A stretch of DNA of 64,000 nucleotides from Candidatus Pacearchaeota archaeon (GTDB taxonomy: Archaea > Nanobdellota > Nanobdellia > Pacearchaeales > GW2011-AR1): the NCBI GenBank assembly GCA_018303845.1, contig JAGVXH010000004.1:69165-133164 (forward strand), in the 5' to 3' direction. Below the pieces are notes generated by a model, which searched no databases, had not been told where the DNA came from, and saw nothing but the letters and a program-made list of their open reading frames with translations. Shown here one piece after another: positions 36,736 through 44,809 of this stretch. Numbering within the stretch: position 1 is the stretch's first letter; every line of letters starts with the position of its first letter. The translations under genes and the position numbers were made by a program.

Positions 36736-36884
36736 ACATATCTCCTAGCATAGTTGCTCAACCCGGGCGAAGCCCTAACCAAACCCCCAAACCCCCAAAC
36801 CCCCAAACCTCCGCGAAGCAAGGACCTAACCAAACCCCCAAACCCCCAAACCCCCAAACCCCCATGAAAATTTCTAATTTTCAT
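36732..36884 (-). CDS. 50-aa leader ORF encoded by two G-repeat arrays (MKIRNFHGGLGVWGFGGLVRSLLRGGLGVWGFGGLVRASPGLSNYARRYV)
   Basis: Hand-translated. Its ATG overlaps the stop of the 254-aa gene (tcat at 36881-36884), and its TGA overlaps the Avd-family ATG (tcat at 36732-36735). Its N-terminus MKI(R/E)NFH matches the start of the 598-aa protein. Confidence 0.4.
   Translation of the reverse strand: MKIRNFHGGLGVWGFGGLVRSLLRGGLGVWGFGGLVRASPGLSNYARRYV
36776..36884 (-). repeat. Two (C5A3)n arrays (36779-36809 and 36831-36863), each preceded by a GCGAAGC-type mini-hairpin, plus a 9-bp palindrome (36864-36884)
   Basis: Sequence reads ctaaccaaa(cccccaaa)x3cc...gcgaagcaaggacctaaccaaa(cccccaaa)x3ccccc, then ATGAAAATT-tct-AATTTTCAT. 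Confidence 0.85.
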
Positions 36885-37645
36885 ATCCCAGGTGCAAAAG
36901 CACAACTCCTCACAGCAAATTTAAATTCATCTCCACTTCGTCGGTCAATTACTCGATACATCTTCGAATCCCGATAATCAACCCGCCTAATATCATACTC
37001 CGGATAAAGCAACATATATCCATTATACTCAAAATAACAAAATTGCGACTCACTATTAACAATTTCTCGAGTCACCCGAACCAAATTATAAATAGGCGAA
37101 ACAACCTCTAAACTAAAATCATTAAAACTCTTAGCTCCAGACTCACTAGAAATTTCAATATCCTTCTTCAAAGAAACCTTGACATAGCCAGGCAATAAAT
37201 CAACAGAATATTCAGTCGCCCCACCTTTAACATCATAGCCTCTATTCTCAAAATCTTCTCTCATCGAATTAAAACAACTCTGTACGCCAACACTAGTGTC
37301 CCTTTCAATTTCACTCTCAATTTGCAACTCAAGCATCGGATGAATATTATAACATCCCTGATAAAAATCCGCCTGATAACACAAATAGCCCCACTCATTA
37401 CCCTGATATGAAATAGCCTGCGAAGGCAAAATCTCCCCTCCATTCTCAAGCATCTTGTCAACAGAATCCCTAACAACATCTCCAACACATCCAGCAATAA
37501 AATCCCTAGGCCCCAAATCGCTTGGTCGAACGGCCTCTCCTCCACGGTTCATCAAATAAATCAAGCCCAAAATAACAACAACAATCATAATCGCAACTAT
37601 GATAAATATCGTTACCTGCGCTCTTTTCCCATTTTTCTCTCCCAT
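36881..37645 (-). CDS. Archaeal type IV pilin-like protein (paralogue of 31771-32520)
   Basis: N-terminus MGEKNGKRAQVTIFIIVAIMIVVVILGLIYL. Confidence 0.6.
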   Translation of the reverse strand: MGEKNGKRAQVTIFIIVAIMIVVVILGLIYLMNRGGEAVRPSDLGPRDFIAGCVGDVVRDSVDKMLENGGEILPSQAISYQGNEWGYLCYQADFYQGCYNIHPMLELQIESEIERDTSVGVQSCFNSMREDFENRGYDVKGGATEYSVDLLPGYVKVSLKKDIEISSESGAKSFNDFSLEVVSPIYNLVRVTREIVNSESQFCYFEYNGYMLLYPEYDIRRVDYRDSKMYRVIDRRSGDEFKFAVRSCAFAPGI

Positions 37646-38379
37646 TAATTCAACTCCACGTACAAATAATAAGCCGTACTTCCAGCAAATCCAGAATCCC
37701 CATTTTCTGGCACAATCATTTGAAAATCATAATCAGCTCCATCATAACCAGCAATACCATCTTCAATTTTCGCGGCAAAAACAATATTCGCAGAATCATA
37801 CAAAATAATCTCCTCAAAACTCGAACTCTGACTAGCATTATTCACATAACTATTCACGGCAAAACAGTCAGTCGCGCCGATAGGAACTCCACTCACAACA
37901 TAAGTTCCAGCGTTAGTTCCATTAAACGTCGAAGAAATATTGTCCTCTCCGATATGATCCATCGCAACATCTTCGGCAATAATTTCAGCGTCACTAGCAC
38001 ATTCAATATTCCCCCAGTCGACAGCCCCAGAAACTCGAGTCGCATAAACCTGTCCCCCAATTGAAGAAATAGACCAGTCATAAATCGACGAATCACTAGA
38101 ATCATCTAATGTAAACCTCCCATCAACCCAACCAACAAAAGCCTTCCAATGCGGATTCTGAACAATGGTGGAGACATTCAATTTCGAAATTAGTCCACCA
38201 GAAACATTAACATTACTGCCCGTATTAGGACCACCCCAAGTTTCATTTAAGGTAACATTCAAGGAATCCGGACCAACAGGAGCAGCCGAAACAATACTAA
38301 TAAATCCAAACAAAATAATCAAAACCGCCAATCTTCCAACTTCCAACTTCTGATTTCTAATCTCTAACTCAACATCCAT
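37645..38379 (-). CDS. Secreted beta-rich protein, function unknown
   Basis: Signal anchor LAVLIILFGFISIVSAAPVG, with several N-x-S/T sequons. The TAATG junction overlaps the next gene. Confidence 0.5.
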   Translation of the reverse strand: MDVELEIRNQKLEVGRLAVLIILFGFISIVSAAPVGPDSLNVTLNETWGGPNTGSNVNVSGGLISKLNVSTIVQNPHWKAFVGWVDGRFTLDDSSDSSIYDWSISSIGGQVYATRVSGAVDWGNIECASDAEIIAEDVAMDHIGEDNISSTFNGTNAGTYVVSGVPIGATDCFAVNSYVNNASQSSSFEEIILYDSANIVFAAKIEDGIAGYDGADYDFQMIVPENGDSGFAGSTAYYLYVELN

Positions 38380-38549
38380 AATGTCACCCCCGCTTTCTTA
38401 ATCCTTTCAACCTTCTCAGAAATAAGTAGCTCCATCAAATGTTTCTCAGCAGTATTCCAAGAAACCGAAAACTTCTCCGCCACTTCGCTGCTAGTAACAA
38501 TCCTCTCCGTCTTAATCAACTTCAAAAGCTCCGCATCAGCAATCTTCAT
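38364..38549 (-). CDS. Small winged-helix DNA-binding protein (61 aa)
   Basis: MKIADAELLKLIKTERIVTSSEVAEKFSVSWNTAEKHLMELLISEKVERIKKAGVTLWMLS. The track ORF's N-terminal extension is A/T-rich promoter sequence. Confidence 0.5.
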   Translation of the reverse strand: MKIADAELLKLIKTERIVTSSEVAEKFSVSWNTAEKHLMELLISEKVERIKKAGVTLWMLS

Positions 38550-38793
38550 AATAATATTCAACATAATATACTTATAAATATTACTATTAAAATAACTATT
38601 AATATTAAAACTAATAATAATAAGAATATACATATGAATAAATAAAATATATAACATAATAATATACCTATGAATATAACTATGAATAATATTATGAATA
38701 CTCATAAATAGCAAGTAAAAAATTAATTTAATTCTCTAGTATAACAGATAAATTCACCAAGTTTTCTAGTAAGAATAAAAATTATTTTTATTT

Positions 38794-39369
38794 TCAATCA
38801 CACCAGTTATATCCGGCAGCCGTATATGCGCCAGTAGGAGCCGTAGTTGTAGTGCTCCATCTTCCCGAGCAACAATTGCCAGCAGGCGGGTCTGCGCAAC
38901 CACCACTCCAACACGAAGTATACCCGCTTCCGCAAGCCCCTACCCAACAAAGTGCTTGACCAGATGACCAACAAGTTGGTGCCACATAGCAAGCCCCACA
39001 ATCCCCAGAACAACTACTACAAGTCTCCCCATTATTACAACTACCATCACCACAATATGGTGCCACATAGCAAGCTGCCACATAGCAAGCCCCACAATCT
39101 CCAGAACAACTACTGCAAGTCTCCCCATTATTACAACTACCATCTCCGCAATATAGTGCAACAACGGTAGAGCCACAATTTTTCCCAGTTATCTTCTGAC
39201 AAAAAGCATCATTGACGACGGTATTCCCGTTCAATTCAATTTCGCCTCCACTATGCCCCATAACATTCGGATTATTCCCGCCATAACTATAAACAAAGCT
39301 AAAACTAAACAGAACAACAATTAAACCAACCCAAATAAAATCCCTCTTCCCAAATTCAATCTTCACCAT
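38794..39369 (-). CDS. Cys-rich secreted protein with internal 81-nt tandem repeat
   Basis: N-terminal anchor GKRDFIWVGLIVVLFSF and a duplicated YCGDGSCNNGETCSSCSGDCGACYVA module. A TATA-like ctatttaaatac lies 27 nt upstream. Confidence 0.6.
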   Translation of the reverse strand: MVKIEFGKRDFIWVGLIVVLFSFSFVYSYGGNNPNVMGHSGGEIELNGNTVVNDAFCQKITGKNCGSTVVALYCGDGSCNNGETCSSCSGDCGACYVAACYVAPYCGDGSCNNGETCSSCSGDCGACYVAPTCWSSGQALCWVGACGSGYTSCWSGGCADPPAGNCCSGRWSTTTTAPTGAYTAAGYNWCD

Positions 39370-39409
39370 TACAGTTAATATTAATAAAAACTATTTAAAT
39401 ACTTCCACT

Positions 39410-40132
39410 CTAGTCATTCTCAACCCTAGGAGCCAAAATAAATCCAACTCCCATCCTCTCTCCAGGAAAATCAAGTCGCAAAGGATAATCATCCGAAAAA
39501 GAAACAACAACACTATCCGAAACCTTCATCCCTTTAATGAACTTCATCAAATATTCTAAGCTATACTTACTCCTTCCCTTCCCAAACATCTCCAAGTCAG
39601 AACCACTAAACTCAGCACGAGCCGAATTCAAACTCCCATTCCCTTCAATTGCAAAAACATCATCCTTCAAAACAAAAGCACAAGAGTCCGCCACAACCGA
39701 AGCATCTTCAACAGCCTGACTAAAATCCCGAGCGTTCATCTCAATCCGAGCCGCAAAATTCAAAGCTGGAATATCCTTATCTTCAGCCGAAACCTCAATC
39801 AAAGAAAGACTAAAATTCCTCTTAATCTTATCAAAAATCGTAATCTTCAACTTCCCCTCAACTTCCTGAAGCGTAATACTCGCAGCGCCACTCGCCCTCT
39901 TCAAAATCTTTTTCAAATCTCCAAGATTCACGCCCCAAACCGCATTCCCAGGATTATATTCAACAAACGATTCTTTAGGCAACCGAAAAATAACCAAAGC
40001 AACATTCGCCGGGTCAACCGCCACAACACTTAACCCATCCTCCAAGAGCTTAATCCTAACCTCAACAACAACATTGGAAATAATATCAATCGCATCCCCA
40101 AGCAACTTCGGATCATCCAATTTCAAAATCAT
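39410..40132 (-). CDS. pcn: DNA polymerase sliding clamp PCNA
   Basis: 240 aa with a typical PCNA N-terminus and two-domain layout. A TATA-like ttatttaaag lies 25 nt upstream. Confidence 0.8.
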   Translation of the reverse strand: MILKLDDPKLLGDAIDIISNVVVEVRIKLLEDGLSVVAVDPANVALVIFRLPKESFVEYNPGNAVWGVNLGDLKKILKRASGAASITLQEVEGKLKITIFDKIKRNFSLSLIEVSAEDKDIPALNFAARIEMNARDFSQAVEDASVVADSCAFVLKDDVFAIEGNGSLNSARAEFSGSDLEMFGKGRSKYSLEYLMKFIKGMKVSDSVVVSFSDDYPLRLDFPGERMGVGFILAPRVEND

Positions 40133-40191
40133 ATTCTCAAAACCCCAACTTCTTATTTAAAGATTATTATACTACAATTCAAAACAAAAAA

Positions 40192-40505
40192 CTAAATCTT
40201 CTTCTCCAAAGAATTAGATCTTATAATTATCGTAGAATAACCCGTACTAAAAAGAATAAAATTCCCAGCAACATATTCATTCCATTGGCCATCTTCTAAT
40301 TTTATATTAGCAATAGAAATGTGTCCGCCCACAGAATCCAAAATAAATCCATCATTCTCACGAGTTACACTTAATTTTCTACATTCGCCCTCTCCAATAG
40401 GATCGGTAAAGATATCTATGCATAAGCCTCTTCTGCTCTCGTGAATTTTTCTACATCAGTCTTAGTCAGATTACTATAGACAAGTTCTACATCATACAAC
40501 TCCAT
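40192..40505 (-). pseudogene. Small gene apparently broken by a frameshift
   Basis: MELYDVELVYSNLTKTDVEKFTRAEEAYA ends at a stop. A second frame then continues without any start codon: IDIFTDPIGEGECRKLSVTRENDGFILDSVGGHISIANIKLEDGQWNEYVAGNFILFSTGYSTIIIRSNSLEKKI. Confidence 0.35.
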
Positions 40506-40649
40506 AAAACATAAAGCATGTTTTCTTATTTAAGTATTATCAAATTCCAACATATACATCCCAAGCCACAACAATCCCTAAAAACAATCTTTACCTAATA
40601 TTTTCATGCAAATTAGATATAAAAGAAACTCGTTCTCTCTACCAAGCGT

Positions 40650-40725
40650 CCATGAGAAAATGTGCGGCGAAGCCCACAGTTTATCATGGAATAATCCTAC
40701 CACCTACCACCTACCACCTACCACC
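40650..40725. repeat. Composite element: GAA-loop hairpin (40650-40689), AATAAT, then (CTACCAC)x4 (40697-40724)
   Basis: CCATGA-GAAAA-TGTGCGGC-GAA-GCCCACA-GTTTA-TCATGG, then aataat, then the heptamer array. Confidence 0.7.
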
Positions 40726-40745
40726 TTAAATCGGAGGTTCAACTA

Positions 40746-42341
40746 ATGGCAACAACCCAAAACACAGCCCCATCAAAAGCCGCAAATATAGCCATCTCCT
40801 ACTACTCAAGATTAGACATCCAAAACGCAATGTTTACCTTCTGCAAAAACCGCGAAACCGTAGCAAACCACAACAACAACTTCTTCGCCAAACGCCCAGA
40901 CACATTCGATTACCCATCAGACATCTTGTCACAAGCAAAACAAGGCGCAACTTCATTCCACACCTCCGAAGAAATCTGGGCAAATCCACTCGACATCAAT
41001 ACCAACATGACGCCCGAGCAATACAATAAAATCAAAACCGGCTGGGACCTTCTAATAGATATCGATTCCCCATTTCTAGACTACGGCAAAATCGCAGCAA
41101 AACTCTTAATAGAACAATTTGAGGCTCACGGAATCCACAACTACGGAATCAAATTCTCCGGAGGCAAAGGCTTCCATATCCTAATCCCCTCCAATGCATT
41201 CCCAAAACAATTCCACAATCAAGTTACAAAAGACCAATTCCCAGAATGGCCCAGAGCAATTGCAACTTATCTCTTCAAAAAAATAAGAGAACCAATGAAC
41301 GAAGAGCTAATAAAACTTTCAGGAAAAGAATCCCTAATCAAACAAGGAGAGCTAGTTTCTGAACAGACCTGTCCAAAGTGCGACAAGCCAACATTAAAAA
41401 AGAAAATCTACAAATACGTCTGCCCAAACATAAAATGCAAATCCGAAATAGAAAGTTTCACAAAAAAAAGAATAGCAATGCTTTGCCCAGGATGCAACAC
41501 GAAAATGAATATGGTAGATGAAAGGGAAATCGACTTCTGCGAATCATGCAAAAAAAGCACTGCAAGACTAGAAGCAATTTCTTCATTCGGAGGAGTCAAA
41601 CAAGAAAACTTGCAAAAGCAATTCAAAGAAGAAATCACAATCAAATCAACAACCGACGCAATCGACATAGTCCTAGTCTCACCTCGCCATCTCTTCCGCG
41701 CCCCGTATTCCTTACACGAAAAAACAGCATACGCCTCAATCCCCATTACAAAAGACCAACTAGAAAACTTCAAACCTTCAGACGCCGACCCCCTAAAAAT
41801 AACAAAAACATATTCATTCATGCCAGACTCAATTGAAGGCGAAGCAACTTTATTATTAGAAAAAGCATTGCACGAAGCCGAAAAATCAAAACCAAAAGAA
41901 ATAGAAAAAAAATACGATGGACACGGAGTTGACCTAAAAGGCCTAACAATAACACCGGACATGTACCCACCAGTTATAAAAAAAATCCTCCAAGGAATCC
42001 CTTCCGATGGCAGAAAAAGAGCATTATCCCTACTTCTCTCCTTCTTTACTTCTCTAGAATTCCCAAAAGACCATATCGAAGAAATCATTAGAGAGTGGAA
42101 CAAAAAAAATTATCAGCCTCTAAAGGAAGGCTACATCAAAGCTCAAATAGACTGGGCAATCAAAAACAAGCGCCTCCCCCCAAACTACGACAAACCAATC
42201 TACAAAGAATTCGGAATACTCGGTCCCCCAATCCCAGGCATCAAAAACCCAATCAACTACACAATCAAAAAAGCATTCCAAGCAAAAGGAAAACCTTCAG
42301 AAGATTTTAACGTCAAGCCAAAACATAAAAGTCAAATCTAA
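40746..42341 (+). CDS. priS: Archaeo-eukaryotic primase PriS fused to a C-terminal helical-bundle (PriL/PriX-like) domain, with an inserted multi-CxxC zinc module
   Basis: The catalytic motifs DLLIDIDS, SGGKGFHILIP and RAPYSLHEKT are present. The insert is CPKC...CPNIKC...CPGC...CESC. The C-terminal part reads PPVIKKILQGIPSDGRKRALSLLLSFF. A GGAGGT lies 9 nt upstream. Confidence 0.75.
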   Translation: MATTQNTAPSKAANIAISYYSRLDIQNAMFTFCKNRETVANHNNNFFAKRPDTFDYPSDILSQAKQGATSFHTSEEIWANPLDINTNMTPEQYNKIKTGWDLLIDIDSPFLDYGKIAAKLLIEQFEAHGIHNYGIKFSGGKGFHILIPSNAFPKQFHNQVTKDQFPEWPRAIATYLFKKIREPMNEELIKLSGKESLIKQGELVSEQTCPKCDKPTLKKKIYKYVCPNIKCKSEIESFTKKRIAMLCPGCNTKMNMVDEREIDFCESCKKSTARLEAISSFGGVKQENLQKQFKEEITIKSTTDAIDIVLVSPRHLFRAPYSLHEKTAYASIPITKDQLENFKPSDADPLKITKTYSFMPDSIEGEATLLLEKALHEAEKSKPKEIEKKYDGHGVDLKGLTITPDMYPPVIKKILQGIPSDGRKRALSLLLSFFTSLEFPKDHIEEIIREWNKKNYQPLKEGYIKAQIDWAIKNKRLPPNYDKPIYKEFGILGPPIPGIKNPINYTIKKAFQAKGKPSEDFNVKPKHKSQI

Positions 42342-42389
42342 CTCCTGGAGCACAATAAATCTTTTAACTGCTAATAAAAATTAAAAAAG

Positions 42390-42905
42390 ATGAATCTAAA
42401 AAAACAAATAGCGATATATCTTATTCCCCTAATAATCGCCACAACTCCAGCTTTAGCCTCCGAAAGAAACGAGTTTGTCTTCAACTTCTTCAAAACAATC
42501 TTCAGAACAGCCCTTGTCCCAATAGCAGTGCCATATTCTGGATTAACAAATTTATACGAAAAAACAAAAGAAGAAGGAGCCACGGGATTTGCAGAAAATG
42601 TGGGGGATGTCTTTGGGGCAGTTATCCCAAAAATGGCAGAGGAAGTCACAGCTCCATTTCGAAATGAAGAAATGAATTTACCAGTGGGGGATAAAGGGGA
42701 ATTTTATAGAAAGATAAAAGAATATTCTTTTCTGGAAACATTAACAAACGCCATATTGCCAACAATTACGATAGGGATAAATCCACTAATCATTCCATTT
42801 AATTACACACTTAAAAAAATATCCGAATCTAGAACCGAATCCGAACAACGCCAAAGATATTTAGAAGGAATTCTAGAAAAACTTATTCAAACTAACGGTT
42901 CATAA
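42390..42905 (+). CDS. Hypothetical secreted or membrane protein
   Basis: N-terminal signal-like segment IAIYLIPLIIATTPALA. Confidence 0.45.
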   Translation: MNLKKQIAIYLIPLIIATTPALASERNEFVFNFFKTIFRTALVPIAVPYSGLTNLYEKTKEEGATGFAENVGDVFGAVIPKMAEEVTAPFRNEEMNLPVGDKGEFYRKIKEYSFLETLTNAILPTITIGINPLIIPFNYTLKKISESRTESEQRQRYLEGILEKLIQTNGS

Positions 42906-42954
42906 TAACAATCCCTTTCTAAATATTTATAAACATCTCGAACCTCAAACCATT

Positions 42955-44808
42955 ATGAAAAAGACGTGCACATTCCTAGCCCTATTCCTAATCTTATTTT
43001 CTCTAACAATAGTCGCGGCAGCCGACAACTCAACAACCAATCAAACAGAAGCCAAAACAAAAATAAACAAAGGCTTCACTTGCCTAGAAGAGAAAGCCAA
43101 AAAATGTCAAGGGCTAACAACACAAGAAATCGCCCTAACAATAATGGCAACTCCAGACAAGATTTTCGATGACTGTGTAGACGAACTAAAAGACAAAAAA
43201 AAATCAGACCACTGGGGAAACATTCGTGACACAAGCCTAGCAATAATAGCACTAAAACATGCAGGCGAAGATACAGAAGCCTCAGAAAAATGGCTTCTAA
43301 AACAAAACAAAACTCCAACCGACCTAATTTGGTATTTACAACAAGACTCGAACAGCGCAGTAGAATGTCACATCGGATACAATGCGAATGATTATACAAT
43401 CAACATCAACGAAGACAAAAAAATCGATAAGAATGCCGGCTCATGTTTAACACGGGCTCAATCAAATTTTTGGCTACAAATCAATAACGTTTGTTACGAA
43501 GAAAAATTTAAAATCGAATGTGACAAAGATTTTATAGCAAATCTAATCTACCGAAACAAAAATGCCCCAACAATCTACGTCCTAGAAGGAACTTCATCAT
43601 CTCCAGCATTTGGTTCAGTAGAATTACAAGTGACATCTAGCTGTTTCGGAGAAAGCACTTGCGATTACGAAGCAACTGCTTGGGCAGCCCTAGCACTTTT
43701 AGAAACGGGACATAACGTAGACGAATTTATTCCATACATAATCGCAATGTCAGAAACAAATGAAAGATACCTGCCTAGCTCATTCATATATATCCTAACA
43801 AACTACGAAGATTACGCAAGCGCTCTAATCGTAGAACAAAAACTAGGCAACTTCTGGGAAGCAAAGTCAACCGCCTACAACAGATATTACGATACAAGTT
43901 TAGGTCTATTAGCATTATCAAGTTCAAAGGCAGAACAAATCACGAAAGCAAAAGATTGGTTATTATTTTCTCAAGGATCAAACGGTTGCTGGCAAAACTC
44001 TGTCAGAGAAACAGCTATGGCATTATGGGCACTGGAAGGGCGAACTGGGAAAAAGGGAAAAACTACAAATAATACAGGTAACAGCGTAACATATTGTTCT
44101 GAAGCAAATTACTTTTGCATTCCATCAAAAGACTGCATAGGCTCAGAAGACGTAGGAAACAATTATTTTTGCCCATCCTTATCAGATACATGTTGTATGA
44201 CACAAAGTCTAAAAACATGTTCCGAATATTTCGGACAAGTTTGTCCTTTGGACCAAATATGCACCGGAAATTCAAAAGAAGCAACAGACACAGATAGTTG
44301 CTGCACGGGATACTGCGAAGCAAGAGTTCAAGAAAGCGAATGCGAAGCAAATTTTTACACATGTATGGATACTTGTTCAGAATTCCAAGAACCAATGTCG
44401 ACATATTCATGCAGCCTAGGACAAACATGTTGTAGAACTAAAACTACGAAACCTAGTGCCAGTTCAATATGGTGGATTTGGGTTCTAATAATTTTAATTT
44501 TAATAACATTAGCAGCAATAGGTTATGCCTACAGAGAACAACTAAAACTCTACTGGTTCCAATTCAAAACAAAATTCAAAAAAGATGAAGGTGAATCAAC
44601 GCCATCAAGACAGGGCTCTTCAGGAATCCCTCCGCGTCCAGGTTTCCCCCCAATAAGAAGACCTCGCCCAATGATGCCACCTCAGCAAAGACCAGTCCAA
44701 CAATCTCAAAGACCAGTTCAAGGGCAACCCCCGCAAGTAAGATCCTACGACAAAAGAGACAAAGCGATGTCAGATACATTCGAAAAACTTCGAAAAATGT
44801 CCAAATAA
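42955..44808 (+). CDS. Secreted alpha/alpha-toroid (prenyltransferase/terpene-cyclase-like repeat) protein with Cys-rich stalk, TM anchor and Pro/Gln-rich tail
   Basis: Signal peptide. The repeats are RDTSLAIIALKHAG, ATAWAALALLETG, YDTSLGLLALS and RETAMALWALEG. A Cys-rich block precedes the TM segment WWIWVLIILILITLAAIGYAY. Confidence 0.55.
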   Translation: MKKTCTFLALFLILFSLTIVAAADNSTTNQTEAKTKINKGFTCLEEKAKKCQGLTTQEIALTIMATPDKIFDDCVDELKDKKKSDHWGNIRDTSLAIIALKHAGEDTEASEKWLLKQNKTPTDLIWYLQQDSNSAVECHIGYNANDYTININEDKKIDKNAGSCLTRAQSNFWLQINNVCYEEKFKIECDKDFIANLIYRNKNAPTIYVLEGTSSSPAFGSVELQVTSSCFGESTCDYEATAWAALALLETGHNVDEFIPYIIAMSETNERYLPSSFIYILTNYEDYASALIVEQKLGNFWEAKSTAYNRYYDTSLGLLALSSSKAEQITKAKDWLLFSQGSNGCWQNSVRETAMALWALEGRTGKKGKTTNNTGNSVTYCSEANYFCIPSKDCIGSEDVGNNYFCPSLSDTCCMTQSLKTCSEYFGQVCPLDQICTGNSKEATDTDSCCTGYCEARVQESECEANFYTCMDTCSEFQEPMSTYSCSLGQTCCRTKTTKPSASSIWWIWVLIILILITLAAIGYAYREQLKLYWFQFKTKFKKDEGESTPSRQGSSGIPPRPGFPPIRRPRPMMPPQQRPVQQSQRPVQGQPPQVRSYDKRDKAMSDTFEKLRKMSK

Positions 44809-44809
44809 T

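Noticed and set aside
36376-39369. A complete diversity-generating retroelement
   Set aside because: Only the Avd-family gene is present, and no ORF with reverse-transcriptase motifs exists in the window. The only near-identical repeat pair I found (38980-39060 and 39076-39156) differs by c/t, a/g, a/t, a/g and g/a changes, not by adenine-specific substitutions. A DGR is therefore not supported here, although the RT could lie off-window.
40133-40745. A replication origin between the divergently oriented PCNA and primase genes
   Set aside because: I could find no ORB-like inverted repeats and no cdc6/orc1 gene. The region contains only a broken small ORF and one hairpin/heptamer element.
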